A DNA stretch of 55,699 nucleotides from a virus (taxonomy: Duplodnaviria; Caudoviricetes): IMG/VR virus record IMGVR_UViG_3300037993_000081, positions 1 through 55,699 of that record, one strand, 5' to 3'. The stretch's first letter is position 1, and each line of letters begins with the position of its first letter. The position numbers were made by a program, and so were the translations under genes. The notes below the pieces were generated by a model. It ran no database searches. It was given only the letters and a program-made list of their open reading frames with translations, and was not told the DNA's origin. This document shows, one piece after another, positions 18,101-27,724 of this stretch.

Positions 18101-18396
18101 AAGTACGACGGGTCGGTAACAACGGCAGGATACCCCCCGGAAAACAGATTACAGGAAGTCGATACGCTGTTCACCGTACAAGCCGTGCTCAGGAGTGGCG
18201 TGCTCGATCCAGTGTAGGTACCAGGAGCAGGAACAATTAAGTTGCTGACAATCGCGCCTCCGTAGTCTGGAGGTCCGAAGGTGATATTGTTGAGTCCCGT
18301 ATTACCCTTAATGGTGACGTTGCCTTTGACAGTTACTTGGCCCAAGCATACGACTGTCGATAAGGCGATAATGACGATGATGGCGAAGGTCTTCAT
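15184..18396 (-). CDS. Large secreted Cys/Gly/Thr-rich beta protein, putative receptor-binding or carbohydrate-active
   Basis: Start 18396 by ATGA overlap; leader MKTFAIIVIIALSTVVCLG/Q; many Cys pairs; WQPSYPYLVGE-type repeats. Confidence 0.65.
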   Translation of the reverse strand: MKTFAIIVIIALSTVVCLGQVTVKGNVTIKGNTGLNNITFGPPDYGGAIVSNLIVPAPGTYTGSSTPLLSTACTVNSVSTSCNLFSGGYPAVVTDPSYFDWLGIHNQSTYTRCTDARSFQDALNHNAAEGIGGNSLYQLVNSNSTLLLLNVARTLMTTIWTDPVTGTHFCKAPTYLGGPADVITCGAACTFGTATRSASIVVTPNMDVTDYPAGGSNTTSFNFGSPDFDLNNPSWLWAWGPSNFQYSTNTTVTGPVVFGGTHVGLSTFVPDGSFTYTTIPIVDFYYALPMGSAVSEHAISTGYTFGQYVKHTMYLPGTATPEIYQYAINTYYPKGALIQPGANSDGVSTNTGFCVYKAGIDGGETGASLASFPTENPCIGNRVVESGCTGGSCVNQHWYGIWVAGTGTSGQNGPSFVLQAIQAGTTAGGTFSPYANGGHVACASGANACVNPDIATSITDSGAVWQNSGPNLGTLALINAAGVNLWNVTAGVSGDNKKFGLSISTNTYGPNAAGNYITAATTTSNNTAGQGSAQWAIEADTSDPVSGSPTFYTLNTASGIQTNETCSGTTLSSGAYLGGTACNTSGVTWSTPTSASFPTGSPFFALTNPSGGSTSGQPTGYGSSLQCYGGVHNEKVWYTGLAVTINISPWYSDILSTSCSNTYHYFEWLPRGPLDNGAFDPYINLQTFQAGVPHYALGKSNVWSDGGAGGGYGQTSGVMTVAYPNINVSGNNGALPVRCGTGGSGSCLICTPNSGSCGTPPTFTQEPYTFSITGSNCSSSTISNSGYPGNGMQPNVFGIFALNPTNAQNGTTSGAPPCNIIGIWDWHFDAAYDPGQNDAGWLIGVVNNASQFLPFANSAWQSEVTAYQQLPQCGGAGQPACSPVTTVGTQKRFGHTLAYATSNIFETSVQVSSSAIDGTFTAFGTEWFDQFGSYSNGGNIGAPTSLPATYVPYLGMPATLLCLCGPPWQPSYPYLVGELMDPLPPNAAQAGQGGIDVFQVTAISSAHSPYGCDVAPVSSALNGSGDMPTALWNAFNGATLGGTVTDNCVTWTDVGSNPNPRGDVILLTTR

Positions 18397-20069
18397 TTGA
18401 TGGTCACGCTGCCTTGAACTTTCATGGTGCCATTCAAAGTTCCCATGTAGATGTACTGGTAAGCTCCTATGTCCCAAGCCCCAGTGGAAGGACGGGCGTT
18501 TCCCGCCTTGTCGTAACAAAGAGCAGGAATGGTCGAGCACAAACTGGTAAGGTTTGTACCAGATTGAATAGCCGGGGAACCCGCTTGCAGGGTATAACTG
18601 CCCGATAGTTTCGGATCGGAGAAAAGTCCGTGACAGTCATAACCTCCACCAGATGGACAAGTCCCGCCATTCAGCACTTGCCACGCTGCAAAAGTAGAAG
18701 CCCGAGTTGGTCCCGTGCCAATATTCCAGCCATTACCTTGTGGATAGCCAGCCGGACCCCAGTAAAGGTTGTAATCGGGAATGATGGTGTTGAATGCTAT
18801 GTTTTGGTTTTGAGCGATGTAATAAGTTAAGTCTCCGGAACCGCCAACGAAGATGTTGTTTTCATAGGTTAGAGGCTGTGCGACATTCATTCCGAAGATA
18901 TAAAAATGATACCCAAAATTTATGAACGTGTTGTTGTAATAGTAATATGGGCCTAGCAGATTAGAGACCGTGGGGTTACCGAACTGTATAGCCGAACCGT
19001 TATCTACAGTACGTCCTTCTCCAACGAATAAATTGTCAAAAACGTAACAGGACGTTGAACTTCCGTCACCGCTCGATCCATAAGTGCAGTACACAAATCC
19101 CGTGGGCGATCCACTCACAGGAGCAACGTAATCGCCATGAATGTAGTTCCGGTAAATGTAGAGCGTCTGTGATAGTCCTAACCCTCCGTCACCATTGGCT
19201 ATAATGCCATCCAAGTGATACGGGTTCCCTCCAGGATAAAACCAATTACTCCATCCCGTCATCGTGTTGTTGTAGATGTTGACGCTTCCGCCGCCGCCCA
19301 TATGCATGTGCCACGCGTGATCCGAGAGACTGTTGTTGTAGATGTTGATTCCCGAAGCTGCTTGTGTGTCAGTACAGGTTGTGGGACCGTTGGCGACTGT
19401 CGAGCCAGTCAATTGACCGTCGATTCCCGCATGAGCACCAATAAACGTGTTGTTGCAAAGCTCGATGTTAGTGACTTCGCTGCCTAGTTGCAGATCAGCA
19501 GTTCCTTGTCCGGGAACAGCAACGGTCTCGTCGGACGAGTTAATGTAGATGTTCTGGATCGTCAGATTCTTTACTAGAATGTGATCGGATACCGTACTGA
19601 CTCCCTTGCCGATAAACATTCCTATGCTGCTTTGCTGGTTAGCTAGCGAACTTCCATTGGCGGTATTCTGAATGATCCCTGTATTCTGTCCATCGACGGT
19701 GATGTAGCTCTGGCCCGCGATGTTGACCCCTCCTCCGCACGACACTCCAGTGCAGCCGTTGTTCACGCTGCCGTAAAAATACGTGGACTGGATGATCGCT
19801 CCGGTGTCGAAGTTGAGCACCAAAGGATTCCCGGAACTTCCACTCCAACTGTACGTCAATCCTTGACCATTCGCGGCGACCGTGATCGTGCCGCAAACCC
19901 AAGTGATGTCTCCGGGCGATTCGGCGGTTGAGTTCCACGTCGAGATGGTTATAGCTGTTTGCCCGTAACAGTTAGAGCCTCCCAAGAACGTTCCCGCGCT
20001 TTGGGCGACGTAGCGCTGTGATGCTGAAACTGACATGCACAACAACAACAATGTGATGATGTATCTCAT
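18393..20069 (-). CDS. Secreted parallel beta-helix (tailspike/pectin-lyase fold) protein
   Basis: Leader MRYIITLLLLCMSVSA; repeated IYNNT/YRNYI/YNNTF rungs; C-terminal GSPAIQSG...WDIGAYQY motif. Confidence 0.75.
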   Translation of the reverse strand: MRYIITLLLLCMSVSASQRYVAQSAGTFLGGSNCYGQTAITISTWNSTAESPGDITWVCGTITVAANGQGLTYSWSGSSGNPLVLNFDTGAIIQSTYFYGSVNNGCTGVSCGGGVNIAGQSYITVDGQNTGIIQNTANGSSLANQQSSIGMFIGKGVSTVSDHILVKNLTIQNIYINSSDETVAVPGQGTADLQLGSEVTNIELCNNTFIGAHAGIDGQLTGSTVANGPTTCTDTQAASGINIYNNSLSDHAWHMHMGGGGSVNIYNNTMTGWSNWFYPGGNPYHLDGIIANGDGGLGLSQTLYIYRNYIHGDYVAPVSGSPTGFVYCTYGSSGDGSSTSCYVFDNLFVGEGRTVDNGSAIQFGNPTVSNLLGPYYYYNNTFINFGYHFYIFGMNVAQPLTYENNIFVGGSGDLTYYIAQNQNIAFNTIIPDYNLYWGPAGYPQGNGWNIGTGPTRASTFAAWQVLNGGTCPSGGGYDCHGLFSDPKLSGSYTLQAGSPAIQSGTNLTSLCSTIPALCYDKAGNARPSTGAWDIGAYQYIYMGTLNGTMKVQGSVTIK

Positions 20070-20836
20070 GGTTTGAATGCCGCTACGCCGAGCGCCGAAA
20101 AACCGTATCCGTTTGTCCACGTAATCGACTGCGTACCGGAACTCCCGGCAAGGTTGTAGCCCACCATATCCTTAACTGATCCGACCACTGCTGCGTCGCA
20201 AATGGTGATGCTTCCAGTCACGGCGCAAATGTTGGCATCTCCACGGGAGTAACCTCCGACGATCAACTCTCCAGAGGCAGCGACGGAGCCGGTTGGGCCA
20301 ACGGCATTGCCATATTCCGTAGTCCCAAGTTGAACATCGAGCGTCGGCCAACTTGTGCAAGTACCGCTGCAACTAAATTCCTGAACAAGCAAGCCTGTAT
20401 AAACAGTTCCCCCAACTGCTGTTACCGTGATAGTTTCCGCCTTCGTTGACGATGCCGTCGCATACCAAGCACATTCTCCACTAGGACCATTGCTGTTGTA
20501 TAAGCAACCATCGGAATCGGCTGCGCTGAAAAGTTTTGTAAACGAAAATCCTGCTGTTTCGCTAATGGTCAAATCGGTAGCGACACCACCAATAGAAGCC
20601 CATACAAGAAGAAGGTTGCCGGAAGTAACGTTGCTGCCGTAGGCTTGGCTCAAACTGGATACTGGCCCGTTCTCGTTGTATGCTCCCTGCACGCGGGTGT
20701 GAGTAGGGGCGCCAACCGCAACCGCTCCACCAACGCCAGCCTTCCCGCCAATGCCAGCCTTCCCGCCAATGCCCTGCCCAAAAGCCAACATGAACCCGAG
20801 TAAGCATAGCGTGATGATTGAGAGAATATGTTTCAT
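20066..20836 (-). CDS. Secreted beta-sandwich virion-type protein
   Basis: Leader ending AFG/Q; SNVTSGNLLLVW domain resembles the N-terminal domain of 5875..7509. Confidence 0.6.
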   Translation of the reverse strand: MKHILSIITLCLLGFMLAFGQGIGGKAGIGGKAGVGGAVAVGAPTHTRVQGAYNENGPVSSLSQAYGSNVTSGNLLLVWASIGGVATDLTISETAGFSFTKLFSAADSDGCLYNSNGPSGECAWYATASSTKAETITVTAVGGTVYTGLLVQEFSCSGTCTSWPTLDVQLGTTEYGNAVGPTGSVAASGELIVGGYSRGDANICAVTGSITICDAAVVGSVKDMVGYNLAGSSGTQSITWTNGYGFSALGVAAFKP

Positions 20837-20845
20837 GTCCGTCCT

Positions 20846-23800
20846 TTAAGGTGTCGTATACTGTGCGCTTACGGTAAAGACATCCGTCGTGCAGGTTGCT
20901 CCTCCGGTCGAGATGTAAATACCGATGTGGTCTCCGCCAGCGAAAGTCTGCGTTTCTGCTTGAGTCGTTCCAGTGCCCTTAGTCTGGGTCGAAGCGCTCC
21001 CCGTTACCGCCGTGCCTGTGTTGGAAGTCCCGTCAAACACGTTGAACTGCGGCTGGGTTGAGCAGGTTCCGCCTAATACTGTAGTCACAGTGATGCTTGT
21101 GAAGTGGCCCGCAATGGGAGCCACGGTCTCAGCGAGGACTGCACTGACGGCGGTCGTTCCGAATAAACCGGTTCCGGCTGAGATCGTTCCGTTCACTGCC
21201 GAGATCGTTTCCGTCATCGTGCCAGTAGAATTTGTGAACAGCGAGAATCCGGTCGCCGGTGTCCCTGCTAAGATACGGAGTTGTGACGTAACCGATGTAG
21301 GGGCTTGTATACAAATCGATGTAGCCGCATTACACGGTGCCACCGCTGCGCTCGTAGTACCCTGTGGCAAATCAACGAATCCAGCCGTGGTTCCCTTGGC
21401 TTGAAATGCACCGGTCGGGAGTACGCTCGCCACGATTGTTTGTCCAGAAAGGACGCCAGCCGTCCATGTTCCGCCCGTGCCCCAGTCGGTCAGGTCGCCG
21501 CTGGTCGAAGCACCATTGACGTTCAGCACCGTCTGTCCAGAAGATGTGCCCGGAGCCGTAATACCCATCGTGATTGAAGTATTACTGTTCGAGGAGTTCG
21601 TGTTCTGGAAAACCCACGGTGCGGTTAAGTTGGCGGTTGCGATCCCCGCCCGCGTTACCGAATAAGTTGCGCCACCTTCGGTGATTGTTCCTGCCGCTGC
21701 CGCGCCGGTTAGGTTGTTTTCTACATAACCAGTGACGGTCGTTAAGGTTCCCGAGGTGGGAGTGCCTAGCGCCGGAGTGACAAGAGTAAGGTTGGTTGCG
21801 CTCAAACCAGTGGGCAACGTCGTCGATGCGCTAAGCGTGCCGCTACTGGATTGGACAACTCCGCTGGACATTCCAGTGATGATGACCGATCCTGCCGTTC
21901 CTGTCCCCCCAGTTCCCGCAGCTCCCGGAGTCAGGGTAACGCTTCCGCCGCTGCCGCCTGCGGTTGCGCCGTTTCCGCCTGCTCCGGCAGTCAGCGTAAG
22001 CGATCCACCCGCTCCGCCCGTTCCAGAAGTGACTTGTGCTCCTCCATAACCAGCAGTGAACCCAATTGCTCCACCTACCCCGCCCGTTCCGGAAGTTCCG
22101 CCACCCGCAGCGCCGTTTCCGCTGCCAAGAGCTATTGCACCGCCAGCTCCGCCTGCTCCGGTAGCACCGCCCGCGCCTCCATTACCTACGGTTAGGCCAA
22201 ATGCCCCACCGATACCACCGGCGTTCGCAGTTCCATTAGCCGCTCCGCCAGCGCCTGTAATCAAAGTGATCGGAGCACCAACGTATCCAGTGTGACTCGA
22301 AGCCGCACCACCAGCGGCTGCCGCTGAGATATTGATAAGAGCGGGCGCGTTCGCTCCTGTCGGACCCGCCGCGCCCTGCGTGATTTGCAAGGGGATGGCC
22401 GATGAGGTCGTAAGCGTGGTGATGTAAGCGATAGCATTACTCGCTCCCGTTGCCGCCGTACTCTCACCGATTGTCGCCCCCGTGCCTGAGCCGGTCAGGG
22501 CCACGTTGTCCGTAAGACCAACGATTGTCGCGGACCCCAGTTGCGTGCTGTTTCCGACTTTATCGAGTTTCCACTGCGATGTACTGCCAAGCTGGAAATC
22601 GGCGAGCAGCGATCCCGTGGCGGAGCCAGTGTTTGTCGGGTTCACCAGCAAAGCGCCGGGGAAAGTAATAGAGCCGTTGTTCCACGTAGGCGTGATCGCG
22701 ACAATCGAATTGCTCCCAGCCGTCGTAGGATTGATGGTCAGCGTAGGGGAACTGTACGAAAGAGTCGATACACCGTTGGGAGTGGCTCCAGCGCCCGCAC
22801 TAACCAGTATATTTCCCGATGTTCCGCAGCAGGACGTGAGCGTGTCAGCTTGAATTTTGCCCGTGCCCATCGACTCCAGTAGTCCGGCTACGGTCATATA
22901 CACGCCGTTAGCCGTGCCTCTGGAGGTTATCTGGATTGGCAACGCGGTCGAGGCCGATAAGGTTTGAACGTTCAGCTCAATGTCGCCGGAACCTGTAGCC
23001 GCTGAAGTTTCACCGAAAGTGAACGCGCTTTGACTTACTGTCGTCTGCGCCCAGTTCCAGACTTGAGGCCAGTTGCCGTTAGCAAGAGTGTTAGCGGCTG
23101 AGGCTGCGGTAATCCCCGATAGCGCACCGCCGCATGATGCCCATGTCATCACCGAGGCTCCGCCACCTTGGGATGTCAAACACTGGTTAGCGCTTCCTGC
23201 CGTGGTTGGCCAGTTCCAGTTGTAGGTTCCTGCCGTGTCTTGAGCGATCAGTGAAATAACGCCACTGGTTTTTCCATTTATCAAAATAGAACCTGTCGTA
23301 CTGGCGTTGCCAAGAGAAAGCGCGGTCGAGAACGACGGATCAGCACCGGTTGCACCAATAAGCACGGTGCCGGTAGGTCCAACGCTGATTGTGCCGAATG
23401 GACTCGATCCCTCACCGACCAATACGGTATGCGCTGTTGGGCTGCTAATTCCACTGCCACCGTTGACGGCTGGAAGGACTCCACTGACATCGCCCGTTGC
23501 CGCCGACAATCCGATGGTCGATTCGTAGTATCCACAAAGATTAGTAGCAGAAGCCGTGCATCCTGTTTGATTTTGCGACGTTCCAAATTTCAGAAAGAAA
23601 TTTCCCGAACTGGCATTCGTTCCTGCCGAAGCCGCGCTCGGCAGAATCGGATTGTATGAGGTCACTGTAGTTGGAGCGCCAAGGCCGATACTGGTCGTGC
23701 CGAGACCCCACGGGGTTGTACCCTGCCCGAGATAGGCAATGCCGGGATTGGCATTCGAGATAGTGACCGATGCAGCGGTAACATTGCCGCTGGAGTCCGA

Positions 23801-26341
23801 TGTAAATCCCGCGTAGCTCGTGATTGACGAACTACTGGCCGCAACAGCCACTTGGGTAGCCACCAGACTTGAGCCGGTCACGCTGCCGGTCGTACACGCA
23901 CCCCAGACACCGTTTGTGCCGTTAGACGTGAGGCACTGGTTATTACTGCCCCCGGTCGAAGGAAGTTGCCATGACGACCATCCAGGATTTGCCGAACCAT
24001 TCGAGATCAGGAATTGGTACTGAGTTCCCGCAGCCGTTGCTTGTATGGCACCCGTTGCTTCGCCAAGCAATACTCCATATTGAGTGAGTGTGGTTGCTCC
24101 AGTGCCGCCTTGGGCGACCGTCACCGTCGTACCCGAAGAAAGCAGGGTGCCGGTCACGTCTGGAATAGTGACCGTTGCCGCTACGGTCCCCGATGCCGGA
24201 GTGAGCGTCATCACACCCGTATTTCCACTGTTAGCAAAAGCCAGGGTGCCTGTAGTCGTGCTGACAACACCCAAGGTTGGAGTGGCAGTAAATCCCGGAG
24301 ACGCTCCAGCTAGCACTTGTCCAGCCGCGCCGGTGATCGAGATCACGCCAGTAGTCGCTGACAGGACAACAGGAGCCGTAGCAGTGGTCGCCACCGTGCC
24401 TGAAGTATTCGGCCAGAGAATAGCAGGGGTTCCCGTAACGGCTTGTGCCTTGACCGTGACCGTACCGCTGGTATGGCCAGTCATAATCAGCGATCCCTCA
24501 GCGGCGGCTGAGTTTGTGAGGGTCAGTGATCCAGCGGTAGTACCCGCAATCCCCAAGGTCGGAGTGGCTGTCCAACTGGAAGCCGAGGATGAAGTAGTGT
24601 TCGGAACTTGTCCGGCAGCGGCAGACGTGGCATTAGTACCCCCGCCAGCTATGGGAATGGTCGGTAGATCGCCTGTGGCGATGGCGGAAGCCGTGTAAAT
24701 GTGTCCGGTCGCTGTCGCGTGCAGAACGTCACTCGTGGTTGTGTCCGAAGAACTATCCAGCGCTACTCCACCTGTAGCGTTTGGAAGCGTAATGGTACGC
24801 GCTGCCGTCGCCGTGCCCGTCAGGTTGATGTTGTTCGTTGCCGCGCCGCCGATGTACACACTCGAAGCAGGGAGTGCCGCTGTACCAAGAGTGCATCCAC
24901 CGACCGTCGCGCAGTGTAGGTCCGTTGTAAACGCCGGACTGGTCGCAAATACGGCCACACCCGTTCCAGTCTCGTCTGACAACACACCCGCAAGCTGTGC
25001 CGAAGTCGTTGCGGCAAAGACCGAGAGGTTGTCTGTAAATACCGCCAGTGTTGTCGCGCCGCCATTGTTGTTGTTCACTTTCAAGCGATGCGCCGTTGAA
25101 TCTCCATAAAGGAAATCATTCGACGCTACGCCAGATGGAGCAACAATTTCTGTCAATTCCAGAGGGCCAGCCGTAAGCTGCAAGCCACCCGTTCCTGTGT
25201 AGGAAAGCAGTGTGCCGGTGTCCGTTAAAAGAGAGTTGTTGATCGTGGATGCTGCGGTGAATTTAGCAATTGCGTTGACTGTGCCGCCGCCCGTACCGAC
25301 CGCCCCGGTAGAACATGATCCCCAAACTGCATCCGTGCCGTTACTTGTTAAACACTGTGCGTTTGTTCCGCCCGTGGCTGGCACTTTCCAAGAAGACCAC
25401 CCAGGATCGGTCGCACCCACCTGAAGAAACTGATACTGAGTACCCGCTGCGGTCGCCGTCACTGCCGATGTTCCTTGACCAAGTAAAACGCCGTGCGCGG
25501 TTAAAGTCGTTGCGCCGGTTCCACCGCCGCCCACTACCGCTGTGCCAAATACGGGATCGGCTCCCGTTTGCCCAATTAGAGGGATGCCTGTTGTTCCTAC
25601 CGCCGTTCCGCTGATCGCACTTCCATTACCTTCGTTTAACGCTACGCCGTGCGCTGTCGCGCCCACGTTGACGTTGCAGGTTGAGCCGAGCGTACATGTC
25701 TGACCGTTCGACGTTACCACACTGTTTGAAAGACCCGCATTTGTCAGAGTACCGCTAATCGCAAACTGGACATTCGACCCAGAAGGATTCGAGGCGTTGA
25801 TCGTAATACCTGTTACCGCAGAGCCGTTCTGGAAGTTGATCGGTGTGGCCAGATTGCTTCCACCGTTAACGGTGATGTTGATCCCGCCGCCGCAATCTGC
25901 CGTAGTTGCCGACAGCAAACCGCTGGTTTCGCGGACACAAAACGGCCCGCCGCTCATGTTGGTGGTTGTGTTTCCCGTGACGGTCAATGTTCCCGGAAGC
26001 GTAACCGCGCTCGGGAAAGAGAGCGTCCACGAACCCGATAAGGTGATCGGCGAAGAACCCGTCACGGTAATCTGATTGGCAGTGCCAGCCAACCCAACGC
26101 TAGTCACAGTACCGGTCGCGCCGCCCGATGCTAACGCCGTCCACGTTCCAGTACCCGCCACAATGCTCTGGCACGCATAGACCGTGCCCGCTCCGTTTAT
26201 CAAAACTTGCAAGCGCACTCCCGCAGCGCATGATCCAGACGGAGCAACGGCAACATAGAGCACGTCATGCGATCCGAACTGAGCAAACGCGCACCCGGCA
26301 AACAAGAAAAGAAACAGCAGAATTAATAGAGTTTTAGCCAT
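20846..26341 (-). CDS. Long tail-fibre-like protein (~1830 aa) with Sec signal peptide
   Basis: Start 26341 MAKTLLILLFLFLFAGCAFA/Q; fibre motifs GTVTSVGL, GGTGATTLT..GVLLG, TTSAQLAGVLSDETGTG, LVTPALGTP; Gly-rich tract. Confidence 0.75.
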   Translation of the reverse strand: MAKTLLILLFLFLFAGCAFAQFGSHDVLYVAVAPSGSCAAGVRLQVLINGAGTVYACQSIVAGTGTWTALASGGATGTVTSVGLAGTANQITVTGSSPITLSGSWTLSFPSAVTLPGTLTVTGNTTTNMSGGPFCVRETSGLLSATTADCGGGINITVNGGSNLATPINFQNGSAVTGITINASNPSGSNVQFAISGTLTNAGLSNSVVTSNGQTCTLGSTCNVNVGATAHGVALNEGNGSAISGTAVGTTGIPLIGQTGADPVFGTAVVGGGGTGATTLTAHGVLLGQGTSAVTATAAGTQYQFLQVGATDPGWSSWKVPATGGTNAQCLTSNGTDAVWGSCSTGAVGTGGGTVNAIAKFTAASTINNSLLTDTGTLLSYTGTGGLQLTAGPLELTEIVAPSGVASNDFLYGDSTAHRLKVNNNNGGATTLAVFTDNLSVFAATTSAQLAGVLSDETGTGVAVFATSPAFTTDLHCATVGGCTLGTAALPASSVYIGGAATNNINLTGTATAARTITLPNATGGVALDSSSDTTTSDVLHATATGHIYTASAIATGDLPTIPIAGGGTNATSAAAGQVPNTTSSSASSWTATPTLGIAGTTAGSLTLTNSAAAEGSLIMTGHTSGTVTVKAQAVTGTPAILWPNTSGTVATTATAPVVLSATTGVISITGAAGQVLAGASPGFTATPTLGVVSTTTGTLAFANSGNTGVMTLTPASGTVAATVTIPDVTGTLLSSGTTVTVAQGGTGATTLTQYGVLLGEATGAIQATAAGTQYQFLISNGSANPGWSSWQLPSTGGSNNQCLTSNGTNGVWGACTTGSVTGSSLVATQVAVAASSSSITSYAGFTSDSSGNVTAASVTISNANPGIAYLGQGTTPWGLGTTSIGLGAPTTVTSYNPILPSAASAGTNASSGNFFLKFGTSQNQTGCTASATNLCGYYESTIGLSAATGDVSGVLPAVNGGSGISSPTAHTVLVGEGSSPFGTISVGPTGTVLIGATGADPSFSTALSLGNASTTGSILINGKTSGVISLIAQDTAGTYNWNWPTTAGSANQCLTSQGGGASVMTWASCGGALSGITAASAANTLANGNWPQVWNWAQTTVSQSAFTFGETSAATGSGDIELNVQTLSASTALPIQITSRGTANGVYMTVAGLLESMGTGKIQADTLTSCCGTSGNILVSAGAGATPNGVSTLSYSSPTLTINPTTAGSNSIVAITPTWNNGSITFPGALLVNPTNTGSATGSLLADFQLGSTSQWKLDKVGNSTQLGSATIVGLTDNVALTGSGTGATIGESTAATGASNAIAYITTLTTSSAIPLQITQGAAGPTGANAPALINISAAAAGGAASSHTGYVGAPITLITGAGGAANGTANAGGIGGAFGLTVGNGGAGGATGAGGAGGAIALGSGNGAAGGGTSGTGGVGGAIGFTAGYGGAQVTSGTGGAGGSLTLTAGAGGNGATAGGSGGSVTLTPGAAGTGGTGTAGSVIITGMSSGVVQSSSGTLSASTTLPTGLSATNLTLVTPALGTPTSGTLTTVTGYVENNLTGAAAAGTITEGGATYSVTRAGIATANLTAPWVFQNTNSSNSNTSITMGITAPGTSSGQTVLNVNGASTSGDLTDWGTGGTWTAGVLSGQTIVASVLPTGAFQAKGTTAGFVDLPQGTTSAAVAPCNAATSICIQAPTSVTSQLRILAGTPATGFSLFTNSTGTMTETISAVNGTISAGTGLFGTTAVSAVLAETVAPIAGHFTSITVTTVLGGTCSTQPQFNVFDGTSNTGTAVTGSASTQTKGTGTTQAETQTFAGGDHIGIYISTGGATCTTDVFTVSAQYTTP
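23885..25525 (-). repeat. Internal ~75-aa duplicated module in the long fibre
   Basis: GGTGATTLT..GVLLG...AAGTQYQFL...PGWSSW..P.TGG.N.QCLTSNGT..VWG.C at ~25310-25525 and ~23885-24105. Confidence 0.85.
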
Positions 26342-26699
26342 GATGAACCTCGACATTGACCACCGCCCCGTTCGCGCTGGCCGTGATGTAAATGTCATTG
26401 AGATTCGTGCTGTAGTCAGGCGCTTGCTGCACGTCTGTGTCTCCCGCCGCGAGTTCCTTCGCTTGGCAAGTGCCATCGGTCTTCACTCCCGCATTACCCT
26501 TGTAAACAATCGTCCCGGCATTGGTGTAAGACGCCTGGATTGACAAATAGGTAACAGAAGCAATGAGGATCGGCACGGTGGGAGTGGAAGGAGAAGCCGT
26601 CTTTACTGTGTACCCCGCAACAGTGGCTTGCGTGAACAGGTTATACAAATTCTGCGGCGTTTTCGTTATATCTGTGATCGTAATCGTGCAGACTGCCAT
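26334..26699 (-). CDS. Small virion structural protein
   Basis: Beta-rich 121 aa within the structural operon. Confidence 0.55.
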   Translation of the reverse strand: MAVCTITITDITKTPQNLYNLFTQATVAGYTVKTASPSTPTVPILIASVTYLSIQASYTNAGTIVYKGNAGVKTDGTCQAKELAAGDTDVQQAPDYSTNLNDIYITASANGAVVNVEVHHG

Positions 26700-26702
26700 G
26701 AC

Positions 26703-27713
26703 TCACCAACTTCCTACGTTCAGTTGTCCAAGACGATTCGTAGAGAATCCGTCTTGGGTCCAAGATGGCCGACGTTTTGGCCTGGTTAAGAAATCGCGAT
26801 GCAGGTTCGCGTCGATAGCTCGAATTTTCTTGAGGCATTCGACGTATTCTTTGCGTGACATTTCAGCGAGAAAGCGCCAATCTGCTCCCGATCCGCGTTG
26901 CTGGTTTTCGCCCTTTTGCGCTTCCTTGTACTGGTACAGAACTTCTTTCGCTCGCCACGTTACCAACTCTTCCGTGAGTGGGTAGGGAACTGTGTCTGTG
27001 GGATTCGTAAGTAAAGTCCCGCGCCGCTTGAATGTGAAGCTTAGAGGCCAGATTGACAAAATGTGAGGCCAGACCTCGTAACGCAGATAGCCCAAGGTGG
27101 CGCTCCCGGTTCTGCGGTCAACATCAAATGGAACCGCATAGGTTGGTAGCGCCGGTCCAAAAATGACGCGCTCGGGGTCTTCTACCGAAAGATCATCTTG
27201 AGACAGGTCGGTAAAACTTACATAGTCGCCATCGGTCGTGTCCCTGATCTCCACAAACGATCTGAAATCAGACACCGGAACAGGAAAGTACGCTTGATAG
27301 ATGTAGTAGTTATTCCCGGCACCGCTTGCCGGTTCCGCCCAAACTCGATCAAGGGTGAGGGTTGCAAAAGGGGGACTGCCTACCGCGTTGTAGCCGATGA
27401 TGTCATATAGGGCGTAAGAGGGGTTACGGAACTGTAGGTTCGTCAGTGGCGTGCTGGCGTTAGCCAAGGCCCAAACAGTCGTCGCAGTCGCGTCTCCGAT
27501 CACCGTAGCGCTCCCAGGAGTGGTTGTAACCGTCCCTTTGCTCGCCACAAGGCCGGGAATTAGCCAGCCACCAGAATTGCCAAGCTGAAAGCTCCACACT
27601 GTCTCGTCGTAAACCCTTCCAAGGGCGTCGTTGATCTTTGATTTGACGAGTTCCAGAGACACGCCGGGGATTTCGCCCTGTGCCAGAGACTTCGCCATCG
27701 TGATATACGACAT
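26703..27713 (-). CDS. Head-tail adaptor / tubular protein A-like
   Basis: INDALGRVYDETVWSF N-terminal motif and helical C-terminus; follows the capsid genes. Confidence 0.6.
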   Translation of the reverse strand: MSYITMAKSLAQGEIPGVSLELVKSKINDALGRVYDETVWSFQLGNSGGWLIPGLVASKGTVTTTPGSATVIGDATATTVWALANASTPLTNLQFRNPSYALYDIIGYNAVGSPPFATLTLDRVWAEPASGAGNNYYIYQAYFPVPVSDFRSFVEIRDTTDGDYVSFTDLSQDDLSVEDPERVIFGPALPTYAVPFDVDRRTGSATLGYLRYEVWPHILSIWPLSFTFKRRGTLLTNPTDTVPYPLTEELVTWRAKEVLYQYKEAQKGENQQRGSGADWRFLAEMSRKEYVECLKKIRAIDANLHRDFLTRPKRRPSWTQDGFSTNRLGQLNVGSW

Positions 27714-27724
27714 AACCTGCTCCT

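Noticed and set aside
14778-26341. Diversity-generating retroelement acting on the fibres
   Set aside because: No reverse transcriptase and no TR/VR pair differing at adenines was seen
20846-26476. ORF-track starts at 26476, 20120 and 18540
   Set aside because: Overlap coupling and leader position support downstream starts at 26341, 20069 and 18396
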